Below, piece after piece: positions 21,081 to 31,820 of a stretch of 64,000 nt of DNA. The stretch lies in NCBI GenBank assembly GCA_964600255.1, contig CAZRIX010000001.1:118542-182541 (forward strand). The letters are read 5' to 3'. The notes beneath the pieces are model-generated. The model had not been told where the DNA came from and made no database searches. It saw only the letters and a list, made by a program, of their open reading frames with translations. Positions within the stretch are counted from its first letter, which is position 1, and the number at the start of each line of letters is the position of its first letter. Made by a program: the position numbers and the translations under genes. This DNA comes from an uncultured Candidatus Saccharibacteria bacterium. Lineage in GTDB: Bacteria; Patescibacteriota; Minisyncoccia; Phycocordibacterales; PALSA-1337.

Positions 21081-22516
21081 TTTTTACTTTTGAGAATAAC
21101 GTAACTATTCACTGACTTGTACTCTACATAGTTTGAAGCTATCTGAGGATTCTCTGCAAGCTTTCTAGCGTTTATTATCAGTACATCTGGAATACCTTTT
21201 CTTAGAACCTCTATTTGTTCCGTGCCGAATCCGAGAGATTCTGTTGGTTGCAAGTACTGATAAAAATTCTGATTAGGCAAAAATATCGTAACCTCAGGCA
21301 CATCGTAGACAAAGAAAGTACTGTTTTTTGGGAGATCAGACAAAGCCCTATTTAGATCATAAGATATGTTGCTATTGTAATGAGAAGCTACCCATGAACT
21401 AAAGAATAGTTGATAACCTTGAACCAAACAGATCAATGCAACTATAGCTGTTACAAGGTATTTGGATATATTTTTGTACTTAGCAACAAGCTCAGATTCG
21501 AACAAAACATATAAGTTGTTTATAAAGAATACAATAGCCAACACCTCACCTACAAAGTAATATCTGTACCAGCCGGCAGTTCTAAGATATGCCAGTGTCA
21601 CTAGTATTGAAAATACAAATGCAATAGACTCAACTAGACTTATACTGCCCTTCCTCACGATTCTGTATATATAAGACGCAATCCATACTAGCTGGAAGAA
21701 TGCAAAATAAATTGGACTAGCTTCGTGAAAAAAACGTAAGAAGTTATTCCAAATCACGGTGGTAATATTTTGTAAACCATAAGGATTGGCGTAGTATCCT
21801 AGAATACTCAATGTATTGTCTGAAGATAAAAACTGAAACTTGAACCACAGTGCCATCGGTATAACAAATGCAACAAAACCGTAAGAGAGGAATTTCCAAT
21901 TAAAAGAGATTTCCTTTCTATGAATCAGTACAGCAACTACAACTGCGCCACCAAGTAAGAAAAATATCGGTTTGGTAGCTAAACATAGTCCTCCAAATAG
22001 GCCGGACATAATGTATGGCAAGACTCTAGAATAATTTGTTTTAACTATTGAATTAACCGATACTAGAAATGTAAATAGATAAAATAACCCTGGTATTTCA
22101 CCTAATACACTTTTACCGTTACCATAGAGTATTGGAAAAGTCACAATTAATAGCAAACTTACAAGTGCTTTATTTGTCCCAAAAAGCTGTTTGACGAGAT
22201 AATAAATAGAATACAATAACAGAAGAATAAATACCGCCATCACGATTCTAGCCTGAAATATGCCGATACCAAAGATATCGATAGAAAATGCTATAGGAAA
22301 TATAAATGGAAAGCCACCTGTTACAAAGCCGCTAGAAACCAGTATGTCTGGCGCTACCTGTATACCCTGACGACCGTACACAGCCTGACTTATGGCTATT
22401 TGGTTGTATATACCCTCATCATACCAAACAGGCGGGCTCTCAGTTAGCTTAAAGAGTGATAAATAGGCACCAAAACATAGTAGAATAGTCAGGATTATCT
22501 TTGATTTTCTGTTCAT
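21077..22516 (-). CDS. GT-C membrane glycosyltransferase (ArnT/PMT-like)
   Basis: WYDEG after TM1, many TMs, LATKP. Confidence 0.75.
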   Translation of the reverse strand: MNRKSKIILTILLCFGAYLSLFKLTESPPVWYDEGIYNQIAISQAVYGRQGIQVAPDILVSSGFVTGGFPFIFPIAFSIDIFGIGIFQARIVMAVFILLLLYSIYYLVKQLFGTNKALVSLLLIVTFPILYGNGKSVLGEIPGLFYLFTFLVSVNSIVKTNYSRVLPYIMSGLFGGLCLATKPIFFLLGGAVVVAVLIHRKEISFNWKFLSYGFVAFVIPMALWFKFQFLSSDNTLSILGYYANPYGLQNITTVIWNNFLRFFHEASPIYFAFFQLVWIASYIYRIVRKGSISLVESIAFVFSILVTLAYLRTAGWYRYYFVGEVLAIVFFINNLYVLFESELVAKYKNISKYLVTAIVALICLVQGYQLFFSSWVASHYNSNISYDLNRALSDLPKNSTFFVYDVPEVTIFLPNQNFYQYLQPTESLGFGTEQIEVLRKGIPDVLIINARKLAENPQIASNYVEYKSVNSYVILKSKK

Positions 22517-22564
22517 TTCAGTATATTGTTACATGTATTATACTTATTGAGATTCAATAAATCA

Positions 22565-23452
22565 ATGAAGAAACTAATCAAAAAACCACTCAATATAATC
22601 CTATCTATCCTACCCCTTTCGTTCGCAAATTACGTTTACACAAAAATTATTGGCAAGACACCATTAATTCACTTTGTTAATAAAATCATCAAACTGACTA
22701 TCCCGAAAGAACTGAACATAGAAGAAGGTAAAATAATATTAAACCAGGACGATGTAGCGGTTTCTGGCATGCTGGCACTAGGTGCATTTGAACCATATCA
22801 AATGGCATTATTCAGAAAAACCATAAAGCCGGGAATGACAATTGTAGACATTGGAGCAAATATTGGTCTATACAGTGTAATAGCTGGCAAACTAACAGGA
22901 AAAAATGGTAGAGTGTTCTCTTTTGAGCCAGAAAAGAAGAATTTTGAATACTTAAATAAGAATGTAAATGCAAATAATCTAAAGAATGTTCAAGTAGATA
23001 CCACAGCAATTTCAAATGAGAAAGCTACTAGAAATCTATTTCTATTTTCTGATAATACAGGCTCATATTCTCTAGTGGACAATAGAAAGACAAATATCTC
23101 AGTACAGGTACAGACCGACACACTCGATAATATACTAAAATTGAAGGCAGTAGATCATGTCGATTTCATAAAAATGGATATCGAAGGAGCTGAGTATCTA
23201 GCCTTTGAAGGAATGACCGAGATTATAAATAGAAGCAAAAAACTGACAATGATGATTGAGTTCTTCCCGAATGCGATCAAGAGATTCAATAAAGAACCGC
23301 TACAATTTTTAAATAAAATAAAATCATTAGGTTTTAAAATTTCAGAGATAAGTGAAGATAATAAAACAACCATTGAGATTACTGATTTAGATAAATTCCT
23401 ACGTGATTTTCCAAAAGGTGAAGTAGCGACTAACCTTTTACTAGAAAAATAG
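22565..23452 (+). CDS. FkbM-family methyltransferase
   Basis: VDIGANIGLYS, FSFEPE, IKMDIEGAE; start placed at ATG 22565. Confidence 0.9.
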   Translation: MKKLIKKPLNIILSILPLSFANYVYTKIIGKTPLIHFVNKIIKLTIPKELNIEEGKIILNQDDVAVSGMLALGAFEPYQMALFRKTIKPGMTIVDIGANIGLYSVIAGKLTGKNGRVFSFEPEKKNFEYLNKNVNANNLKNVQVDTTAISNEKATRNLFLFSDNTGSYSLVDNRKTNISVQVQTDTLDNILKLKAVDHVDFIKMDIEGAEYLAFEGMTEIINRSKKLTMMIEFFPNAIKRFNKEPLQFLNKIKSLGFKISEISEDNKTTIEITDLDKFLRDFPKGEVATNLLLEK

Positions 23453-23461
23453 AGTTTTGTT

Positions 23462-24694
23462 TTATTTGTACAAGACTTCGTATTCCTCAACCTGCTTTTC
23501 AATATTAAACTTCTCCACAACCCTCTCATATCCTGCATCACCAAACTTTTTTGCTAGACTGTCATCTGAAAGTAATCGATGTATATTATCCGCAAAAGTC
23601 TGGATATCAAATGGATTAATGATATAACCAGTCTCATTATCAACTACCACTTCCCTTGCACCACCAAAACAGGTTGCAATCACTGGTTTTTTGCTTATCA
23701 TAGCTTCTAGATTTACCATGCCAAATGTATCAAAGCATACAGATGGAAATACCACCAAGTCGGCAGATGAATATACCACCGGTAACTGACCTTCGTTCAA
23801 CCAACCTGTACTTATTACTTTTATATTATTACTTTGCGCCTGCTTTACAATATTCCTTGTATAGTCATCCATTTGGCCGACTATTATCAGAGCGATATTT
23901 GTTATTTTTGATGTTATAGAAGCCAAAGCATTTATTAGTTGCTCTCCTCCTTTAGCTTTCGTTAGTTTACCTGCAAAAAGGATAACCTTATCTCCTACTA
24001 TATTATTCTCCAACCTATACTTTTCAACTAGTTTTTGATCCACCTTCCAGATATCTGCATCCAGAGCGTTGTGCACAACTTGGATATTTTTAATACCGTT
24101 AACCTCAAGAGCTTTTTTTAGCTCATTACTAACAGCACATACTTTATCTACATACCTTAGATAGAACTTTATGATCGCATTTCTGAAAGGATTATATCTC
24201 TTTCTAAAAGTCTTAAGTTGAGATATTGGACTGACTTTATAGTTAAAATTGTCTAGTTTCTTTATATCACTCTCATCTATAAAGTCGGTGAACTTACCGT
24301 AGTGAAATAGCATGCAGTCATGTGCGGTTAAGATCACTTTTGCACCATAATTTTTCGAAATTCGAAGTGAATTGTATGAAATATAGTTATGGATATTGTG
24401 TGCATGTACTACATCTGGTTTGACCTCCTCTACTATTTTTTTTACAAACTTACTAGATATTGGATTGTATAAAGACAGATAACCTCTCCACTTTTCACCG
24501 TAATTCACCTTATATGCATAAATCTTTATACCGTCTATTACACTAGTGATTGCATCTTTCTCATTCCTTACAGCTGTAACAACTGAAACGTCATGTCCTT
24601 TGTGCACCATACCTCTGGCAACATTAAAAGCTACAGCAGCTGCGCCTCCTTGAGCAAATGGTGGAAAATCATCAGATAAAATTAGTATTTTCAT
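23462..24694 (-). CDS. Glycosyltransferase family 4
   Basis: GGA N-terminal motif, PDVVHAHN, TAHD, DTFGMVNLEAM. Confidence 0.9.
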   Translation of the reverse strand: MKILILSDDFPPFAQGGAAAVAFNVARGMVHKGHDVSVVTAVRNEKDAITSVIDGIKIYAYKVNYGEKWRGYLSLYNPISSKFVKKIVEEVKPDVVHAHNIHNYISYNSLRISKNYGAKVILTAHDCMLFHYGKFTDFIDESDIKKLDNFNYKVSPISQLKTFRKRYNPFRNAIIKFYLRYVDKVCAVSNELKKALEVNGIKNIQVVHNALDADIWKVDQKLVEKYRLENNIVGDKVILFAGKLTKAKGGEQLINALASITSKITNIALIIVGQMDDYTRNIVKQAQSNNIKVISTGWLNEGQLPVVYSSADLVVFPSVCFDTFGMVNLEAMISKKPVIATCFGGAREVVVDNETGYIINPFDIQTFADNIHRLLSDDSLAKKFGDAGYERVVEKFNIEKQVEEYEVLYK

Positions 24695-25815
24695 TTTAAT
24701 AATTCATCAACAAACGGATAGACCATTTCTGGCTTTATATTATCAATATGGCTTCTGGCTATTTCTTTATTATACGTTCTAGAATTCATTATATGTATTT
24801 CTGGTTTTCTACCTTCTATATATACTAATTTATGAATATCACCTCTTGGAGGCTGCTCATTCTCATCCATTGATCCTATTATATCAATTGTTGGTACATT
24901 GAAAGCCTCTGCAACATATATCAAACCTGTATCTACAGCTATTAGCAGATTCATTTTTGAGACGAATGCTTTGATTTCTGACATATTGAACTTACTGTTC
25001 GCATTTATGACTCGGTCTTCGCCAACAAAATCACTCATGATTTTTTCACAAACTTCCTTATCTTGCTTTGCGCCTAATAGAAAAACTTTTGAATCGAAAT
25101 TCTTGAGAATGTATTTAGTAATAAGAGTGAAGTTATTAGTGTCCCAGTACTTTATTGAATTTCCTACGCCAGGTACGATTGCCACATTATATTTATGAGA
25201 AGCTCCCGAACTTCCAAGAAAACTATCAGCAGCACTCATATCTTTTGCTGAGTAAGACAGATTCTTCCTTGTAATATCGCTAGATATTCCTATTGGTTCC
25301 AACAACTTCAAATATTCTCTAGGTGCGTAATTGCCCATTATATGTGGCACGACCGTGAGTAATGGAAACATCAATCTATATGATTTTGTTTGGTATGGAG
25401 AGAATCCATTTTCAACTCTTGGTACCGTAATCACTTTTACACCAGCCAGAAAAAAAGTTGCTGATGCAATAAAGCTTGGTGTTGTTATAACGGCTGCATC
25501 ATATTTGTTTTCCCTGATTGAAGAAATATTCTTAAACAAGTCCATTTCATTCCATGAGATATAGTCGTCTACATCTGTATTACCCGCAAGCAAATCTTTG
25601 TATATAGCACCAGCACACACAGTAACTTTTATATTCCTATCGAAATCCTTAATGGCTCTATAAATAGGTGTGGCACACACCATATCACCCAGCTTGGAAG
25701 CAGGCATAACGACAATCTTTGTAACCTTACTGCCCTTTACTTTTGATCTACCGCGCACGATAGCGTACAAGTATGAAATGCCTACCAGTAATATATTTTT
25801 AATAAAATTAGTCAT
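24691..25815 (-). CDS. Glycosyltransferase family 9 (heptosyltransferase-like)
   Basis: KLGDMVCATP, IVPG...KYW, AVDTGLIYVAEA. Confidence 0.8.
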   Translation of the reverse strand: MTNFIKNILLVGISYLYAIVRGRSKVKGSKVTKIVVMPASKLGDMVCATPIYRAIKDFDRNIKVTVCAGAIYKDLLAGNTDVDDYISWNEMDLFKNISSIRENKYDAAVITTPSFIASATFFLAGVKVITVPRVENGFSPYQTKSYRLMFPLLTVVPHIMGNYAPREYLKLLEPIGISSDITRKNLSYSAKDMSAADSFLGSSGASHKYNVAIVPGVGNSIKYWDTNNFTLITKYILKNFDSKVFLLGAKQDKEVCEKIMSDFVGEDRVINANSKFNMSEIKAFVSKMNLLIAVDTGLIYVAEAFNVPTIDIIGSMDENEQPPRGDIHKLVYIEGRKPEIHIMNSRTYNKEIARSHIDNIKPEMVYPFVDELLK

Positions 25816-26947
25816 GTATAAATTTTAGAATATTTCTTGCACGAATTTCCCAAGTGTACTGTTGAACATCTATTAATGCTTGCTTTGACTTTTGATTTAG
25901 ACTTTCTACATCAGCGAGAGCCACTTTTATTGTATTACCTAGATCTACTGGATCATCAGGCTGAAAGAAAGTTGCATTCCCCTCATTTAGCACTTCACGT
26001 AAAGACGGCAGGTCTGATGCAAGTATAGGGACACCACTAGCCATGTATTCAAATAATTTTAGAGGAGATGTGTTGTACTTTGATATACGCTCCTTAGCGG
26101 AATTTGGAATCACTAGAATATCAGCCGACTTCAAATAATGCGATATCTCTTCATGCTTCTTGTAGCCTGTAATCACGATATTATCGGAATAACTCTTGTT
26201 AGCACAGAATTGCCTAAACTGTGGCAATGTATCATCAGATCCTCCAACAATAACTAGAACTATATCATCTGAAAGATTTTGGAATGAGTCTACTAAGTTA
26301 TATACTCCCTTCCAAGGAAAAAGATTGCCTAAGTACAGTACTATTTTTTTATCATTTGGTAGTCCCAACTTATTTCTGATAGTGTACTTGTCTTCTTTAA
26401 CACTATCAAACAATGTAAGATCTACTGCATCTGGTGCAATATGTATATCATCCTTATTATAGCCAATACCAATCAATTCCTCTTTTAGAAAACTTGTAAT
26501 AACAATAATTTTCTTTGCCAACCTGATCCATCGAATATAGAAAGAATCACTCTTTGAAAGGTAGTGTATTTCTAGGAAAAGTTTAGCTGTTTTTAATCGT
26601 AAAAAAAGTAGTGGTAAAATATCTCTACTATAACAAGTATCAGCTTTTTCAATCTTTAATCTAAACACAGATATAGAAAACGAAATCTTCTCAATCAAGA
26701 AAGGTATTATATCTCCTAGAAATCTGAAATGCGCAGCTTGAATCACAGGTATGTAAATCACGGAAAAATTATTAGGTATTCCATAGTAAGCATACAAATC
26801 CTCAGAAATATCAACTTCCTTAATAACTTTCTTAGGTATTACCAATGTAACCTTTTCTGTATTTGCAAAAGTACTACACATTTTGGCAACAGCATAACCG
26901 AACGCCTTCTTTGTTGGTAAGTTTGCATGTGTAATATAGTAAAGCAT
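25808..26947 (-). CDS. Glycosyltransferase family 4
   Basis: WKGV, ADILVIP, SPLKLFEYMASG, YTWEIRA. Confidence 0.9.
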   Translation of the reverse strand: MLYYITHANLPTKKAFGYAVAKMCSTFANTEKVTLVIPKKVIKEVDISEDLYAYYGIPNNFSVIYIPVIQAAHFRFLGDIIPFLIEKISFSISVFRLKIEKADTCYSRDILPLLFLRLKTAKLFLEIHYLSKSDSFYIRWIRLAKKIIVITSFLKEELIGIGYNKDDIHIAPDAVDLTLFDSVKEDKYTIRNKLGLPNDKKIVLYLGNLFPWKGVYNLVDSFQNLSDDIVLVIVGGSDDTLPQFRQFCANKSYSDNIVITGYKKHEEISHYLKSADILVIPNSAKERISKYNTSPLKLFEYMASGVPILASDLPSLREVLNEGNATFFQPDDPVDLGNTIKVALADVESLNQKSKQALIDVQQYTWEIRARNILKFIHD

Positions 26948-26948
26948 T

Positions 26949-28004
26949 TTATTTATTAAATATGTTACTTAGATTCTTGCCCATCAATTTTGTAGAAAAT
27001 TCTTGTTCAGCTTTTGTTCTAGCATTATGCACCAACATATTTCCACTCATCTGCATATTTGCTATAGCATCAATTATACCAGTTACATCATATGGTTCCA
27101 CCATCAAAAAATGAGTGCCAGGAACACCGTAGTCTCTCAAATACGCCTTATTGGTCACGATTACGGGCAATCCGCAAGCAAATGAATCTAGTAGTACGGT
27201 TTGACCAGAACAGTCAGATCCATCAGAGTATTCATCCTTATGTGTGATAAGTAGCATCATTCGAGCTTCATTGTACTTTTCTCGCAACTCCTGTGAAGAT
27301 AGATCAAAAAAGACTTTTACATTGCTTGGTATATCTATAATTCCTTCCAGATTACGTTTACTCAACACCAATTGAAAATTCTGATTTGGCATTTGTCTAG
27401 CAACATCCACAATGGTTTTATAATCTCTACCGTTGTCCCGTCCTACCGAAAGAATATAGTCTTTTCTATTATCGAATTTTGCACCATAGAAATCCACATC
27501 GACACCTAGTGGTATATACAAAAGTTTACTTTGGTCTATGCCATGTTTTTCTCTCAGCTGATCCTGTTGAACATGTGAAAGTGACACTACCGTATCTATA
27601 CTATTGAGCAGAACTTTTGATAGCCTATATAAAAATCTATTACTTTTCTGCGACTGATTTAACAGTCTATTCAATGATATATTCAGTAGTATAAATTCCT
27701 TCTTTGATCTAAAAACCTTTTTAAAGATTACGGTGTATAACAGTGAAGATCCGAACACAATATCTACGTTCTTAGTATAAAAATACAACAACAGGTGCTT
27801 TAATCTAAAATCCAACCTTTCACCGAATATTCTGTACCAGAAAGTATCAGCGAACTCAACCGTGCTTACCTCAATAGACGAATCGATGTGATTCATACCA
27901 TAAAGCTGGGTATCTGGGGCCTTTTTTTGACCAACCTGCTCCATCATACTTTTCCTTTTTCCAGAGAAAATAAAAAGTACTTTTCTATTATTCTTGTACA
28001 TCAT
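26949..28004 (-). CDS. Glycosyltransferase family 4
   Basis: LGVDVDFY, SVGRDNGRDY, SGQTVLLDSFACGLPVIVT. Confidence 0.85.
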   Translation of the reverse strand: MMYKNNRKVLFIFSGKRKSMMEQVGQKKAPDTQLYGMNHIDSSIEVSTVEFADTFWYRIFGERLDFRLKHLLLYFYTKNVDIVFGSSLLYTVIFKKVFRSKKEFILLNISLNRLLNQSQKSNRFLYRLSKVLLNSIDTVVSLSHVQQDQLREKHGIDQSKLLYIPLGVDVDFYGAKFDNRKDYILSVGRDNGRDYKTIVDVARQMPNQNFQLVLSKRNLEGIIDIPSNVKVFFDLSSQELREKYNEARMMLLITHKDEYSDGSDCSGQTVLLDSFACGLPVIVTNKAYLRDYGVPGTHFLMVEPYDVTGIIDAIANMQMSGNMLVHNARTKAEQEFSTKLMGKNLSNIFNK

Positions 28005-29808
28005 AAAGTTTTGACCAGATCTGGAAAGTGATCAGGGCCCAAATCGTATTTAGATTATACTTCTTCTTACTAACATGATCGTCTAACATTTTATTTATCT
28101 CTACCCAATCAAAAACACCAGATGTGCCAGGAGCATACTCAGCTGACAGTATATTCCTCGTCATAGCCAAGAATTCAGGATGTCGGAGCCACTTTGCGGC
28201 AGGAGTGAAGAAACCTCTTTTAGGTTGCTTGAAAAGATACTCCGGTAAAGTATTCTTGAATGCACTTTTCAGTAGTTTCTTATTTGTGAAAAATGATAAC
28301 TTTCTATGTGCAGGAATGGACGATGCATAACTCACAACTTCTTTATCAAGAAAAGGAACTCTTGCTTCCAGTCCATGCGCCATAGACATAGTGTCTGACA
28401 GCATCAAAGCAAAATCTACCAACCAAACTCTCCTATCAGTTTCCATTATCGCCTCTTCAAAATTTCTCCCGACTAGATACTTGCCGAGACAATCTCCAGT
28501 AACCTTATTATCAAAATACTGAGGCTTTATAACCTTTTCGAACATGTCAGTTTTTTGAAACAAAAACTGTGTATAGCGATCTATCCATTCTCTCTTTGAG
28601 ATTTTTGCGAATCTAGAATTAATCTTTGCCAAAAGTTTCGTTACGTGTGATGGCAAAATCTGATACATGCTAGCTATGTAGCTTAGGCGATATCTATCAT
28701 AACCTCCGAATAACTCATCTCCACCGTCTCCACAAAGCACTACGGTTACATACTTCTTTGTTTCTTTGGATAGTGCGAACAAGGCACAAGCAGTGGCATT
28801 AGAAATGGGCTCATCCATATGATAGATAACTTTTTCGAGAGATTCCATCACATCCTTTGATGATATAGATATTTCGTGATGATCGGTATTATATCTCTTA
28901 GCAGTTTCGCGAGCGAGATCCAGATCCTTGTTGTACTTACCAGCATCTTCACCATCTGAAAGTGTAAATCCTACTGAAAAAGTCTTTATATTCTTGTGTT
29001 TGCGAGACATACAATCCAAAATCACACTCGAGTCTATTCCACCAGATAAATAAACACCAACTGGTCTATCTGATACTAGTTGCCTTTCAACTGCTTCAGA
29101 GACCTTGATATTGATACTCTCGATTATTTCACTAGTACCTGCTTTTGTTAGATTTGGATTATTCACAAAGTATGTTTGAATATCCAACTTACCATTTTTA
29201 AAATATGCATAGCTTCCTTGCGGAAGTTTAAGGACATCTTGGAACATAGTAAAAGGCTCTGGAACAAACAATAGTCTCAAATAGTGATTCAGACTCGATA
29301 CAGATAACTTACGAGAGATCTTTGACCAAGTCAAAATACTCTTGATCTCTGAGGAAAATATTAGATCACCATCCTTTACGGAATAGTATAAAGGTTTGAT
29401 ACCCGCATGGTCTCGAGCCAAGAAAAGTGATTGTTCTTGTTTATCCCAAATAGCCAATGCAAACATTCCATTAAACTTTTGCAAACAATCCTTGCCCCAC
29501 TTTGCATATGCCTCTATAACAACCTCGGTATCGCCGGTTGAGGTAAAATTAACTTCACTTAATTCTTTTTTAATATCTTGAAAATTATACAATTCCCCAT
29601 TGTATACAATTTCATAACGACCATCCTTGCTCTGCATTGGCTGCGATGATGCATTTGATATATCTATAATACTCAAACGATTCTGCCCTAGACTAACACC
29701 CTCTGATAACCAGAAATTACTCGCATCAGGACCACGATGTTTATTCGCATCGTTCATTTTGACGATTAAATCTTTGTCTTCAAATGTAAATCCATTTATT
29801 CCACACAT
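27988..29808 (-). CDS. asnB: Asparagine synthase (glutamine-hydrolysing)-family amidotransferase, probably glycan-modifying
   Basis: MCGING, HRGPD, RLSIID, YNGELYN, LSGGIDSS, GDGGDELFGGY, EARVPFLD. Confidence 0.93.
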   Translation of the reverse strand: MCGINGFTFEDKDLIVKMNDANKHRGPDASNFWLSEGVSLGQNRLSIIDISNASSQPMQSKDGRYEIVYNGELYNFQDIKKELSEVNFTSTGDTEVVIEAYAKWGKDCLQKFNGMFALAIWDKQEQSLFLARDHAGIKPLYYSVKDGDLIFSSEIKSILTWSKISRKLSVSSLNHYLRLLFVPEPFTMFQDVLKLPQGSYAYFKNGKLDIQTYFVNNPNLTKAGTSEIIESINIKVSEAVERQLVSDRPVGVYLSGGIDSSVILDCMSRKHKNIKTFSVGFTLSDGEDAGKYNKDLDLARETAKRYNTDHHEISISSKDVMESLEKVIYHMDEPISNATACALFALSKETKKYVTVVLCGDGGDELFGGYDRYRLSYIASMYQILPSHVTKLLAKINSRFAKISKREWIDRYTQFLFQKTDMFEKVIKPQYFDNKVTGDCLGKYLVGRNFEEAIMETDRRVWLVDFALMLSDTMSMAHGLEARVPFLDKEVVSYASSIPAHRKLSFFTNKKLLKSAFKNTLPEYLFKQPKRGFFTPAAKWLRHPEFLAMTRNILSAEYAPGTSGVFDWVEINKMLDDHVSKKKYNLNTIWALITFQIWSKLYDVQE

Positions 29809-29809
29809 A

Positions 29810-30574
29810 TTATTTTTGTATCCAAATATAGCTAGTATCTCCTGTACCAGGGATGATATACGCTAGCATTCTAAACAAACTAACATGCCATTTCTTAAAA
29901 TCTTTGCTGAAATGAGGTTTTGTAGTTTGTTTTGCACTCGCCTCAATTACTTTTGTATTAGCTGACTCAGCAATCATCTTTAATTCATGTGGATTGTATT
30001 CCCTCCAATGTCCATTGAAGGATTCACCATTTATATAAAATGCTTCTACATTTGCCATAGGAGCTCTACCGAAAAACATTCTAAATCTATTTAATAAATT
30101 CGAAACATTTGGTGTGGCAATATAAACCTTGCCACCTGACCCAACAAAACTCAATAGATTCTCTATGAAATTTCGCAAGTAGCGCTGATGCTCTATAACA
30201 GCAACGCTGACTACAACATCAAACTTTCTTCCATCTGGACCAGATAGTACATCGCCAGATGAAATATTTAGCTTGTTACTTTCCCAAACTTTCTTTAATC
30301 CATCAATATCCGATACATTGTATGAATTTTTTGGTTCAAATACATATTTATCTACTCCACAAACATCAAAGCCGAGATTCTTTAATGCTAATGCCAATAT
30401 TCCTATACCACAACCAACATCTATTATCCTATCTGACTTTGAAACGTGGCTCACGATAGTACTTAGATGAAATAGATTACTATCGAACTCCCACCTTTGT
30501 TTATTTGAGTACGGTGCTAGACTTTTATACGAATTATCTAGAGCTTTATAGATATCATTAGATTGGAATTCCAT
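29810..30574 (-). CDS. Class I SAM-dependent methyltransferase
   Basis: IIDVGCGIG, AVIEH, ATPN, HWREY. Confidence 0.85.
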   Translation of the reverse strand: MEFQSNDIYKALDNSYKSLAPYSNKQRWEFDSNLFHLSTIVSHVSKSDRIIDVGCGIGILALALKNLGFDVCGVDKYVFEPKNSYNVSDIDGLKKVWESNKLNISSGDVLSGPDGRKFDVVVSVAVIEHQRYLRNFIENLLSFVGSGGKVYIATPNVSNLLNRFRMFFGRAPMANVEAFYINGESFNGHWREYNPHELKMIAESANTKVIEASAKQTTKPHFSKDFKKWHVSLFRMLAYIIPGTGDTSYIWIQK

Positions 30575-30590
30575 GCTAAAAGATTAGCAT

Positions 30591-31820
30591 TTATAAGGCT
30601 TTTTGAAAAGAATCTATCACCTGACTTACTGTCATATCGAGCTCGGTATTTGAGAAATTCTCCCTAGAGAGTCTTAGGGCATTTTCAGACAATTTCTTCC
30701 TAAGATTGATATCCTTAAGCATTACCAGAGATTCAGAAAATTCTCGAGGATCCGAAGCAAACATCACATCGGTACCGTGACTAAATGAATACTCGCCAAT
30801 CCCTCTTTCTGAAGTAATGGTTGGAAATCCTCTAGTCAATGATTCAAAAATCTTCTGTTGCATACCTGCCCCGAACAAAGATGGGATCAGAGCTATATCC
30901 ATTTTTGACATGAATTCATCTATATTCTCAACAAAACCCACATACTCAACATTGTTGACCAAGTACTTATTAAATTCTGTTGGAAATTTATTGCCAATGA
31001 TATAGAACCTGAAGTCATCAGGGTTGGTCTTATAAATCTCTGGTGCGATCCGTAGCAAGACTTCAAGTAAAGCTTGTTTATTATGCTCAACCGTATATGT
31101 TGAACCCATGAAGAATACATTTAAAACTTTCTTGTCTTGAACTTGGTGTGGCTTGTCCAAGTAACTAGGTAGAGATCGAAGTGGTAGATTCGCAACTTTA
31201 TTTGCTCCAAGTTTCAAGTATATTTTTCTTTCCTTTGGTGTTATAGAAAATATAGCGTCGCTTTTCTTGGAAACAATGTACTCGCCTATAAATTTTGGAA
31301 TGTATTTGATCAGGTTAATAATACTTTTACCATCTTCTTCTATAAAATGATTTGGTTCAAAATTTATTGAACGTGTAACGATAGGTATGCCCGCACTCTC
31401 CACAAGATGATATAGTGGCCATAAGTAGCTATATTCAAACCATACCAGGTCCGGCCTCCAGCTATCAATCTCCCACTTTAATGCATTCTGAATACCTATC
31501 TCACTATATTCAAAAGCAGCGCCATCCACATACAGTGGATTGCCTAATTTTCTAAAAAACTTATCAAACTTATCCTTTGTAGAAAGCTTTTTATTACTAT
31601 ACTTATATGGAACTCCGATAATCTTTATATTCAACTCGTCTGCAATTTGTTTTACAAAATCAACACTCTGCCATTCGTTTGACTTAGCAATAACTCGAAC
31701 ATCATGACCCAACTTTATAAGCTGCTTTATTCCACATGCCCTATCCATCTGTTCAGCCCCTCTATAAGGAAAAGGTAGAGCCGGCATTACCATCAAAATT
31801 TTCTTTTTTGTTACTTCCAT
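30591..31820 (-). CDS. Glycosyltransferase family 4
   Basis: GFVENI, GAGMQQKIFESL, PTITS. Confidence 0.82.
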   Translation of the reverse strand: MEVTKKKILMVMPALPFPYRGAEQMDRACGIKQLIKLGHDVRVIAKSNEWQSVDFVKQIADELNIKIIGVPYKYSNKKLSTKDKFDKFFRKLGNPLYVDGAAFEYSEIGIQNALKWEIDSWRPDLVWFEYSYLWPLYHLVESAGIPIVTRSINFEPNHFIEEDGKSIINLIKYIPKFIGEYIVSKKSDAIFSITPKERKIYLKLGANKVANLPLRSLPSYLDKPHQVQDKKVLNVFFMGSTYTVEHNKQALLEVLLRIAPEIYKTNPDDFRFYIIGNKFPTEFNKYLVNNVEYVGFVENIDEFMSKMDIALIPSLFGAGMQQKIFESLTRGFPTITSERGIGEYSFSHGTDVMFASDPREFSESLVMLKDINLRKKLSENALRLSRENFSNTELDMTVSQVIDSFQKAL

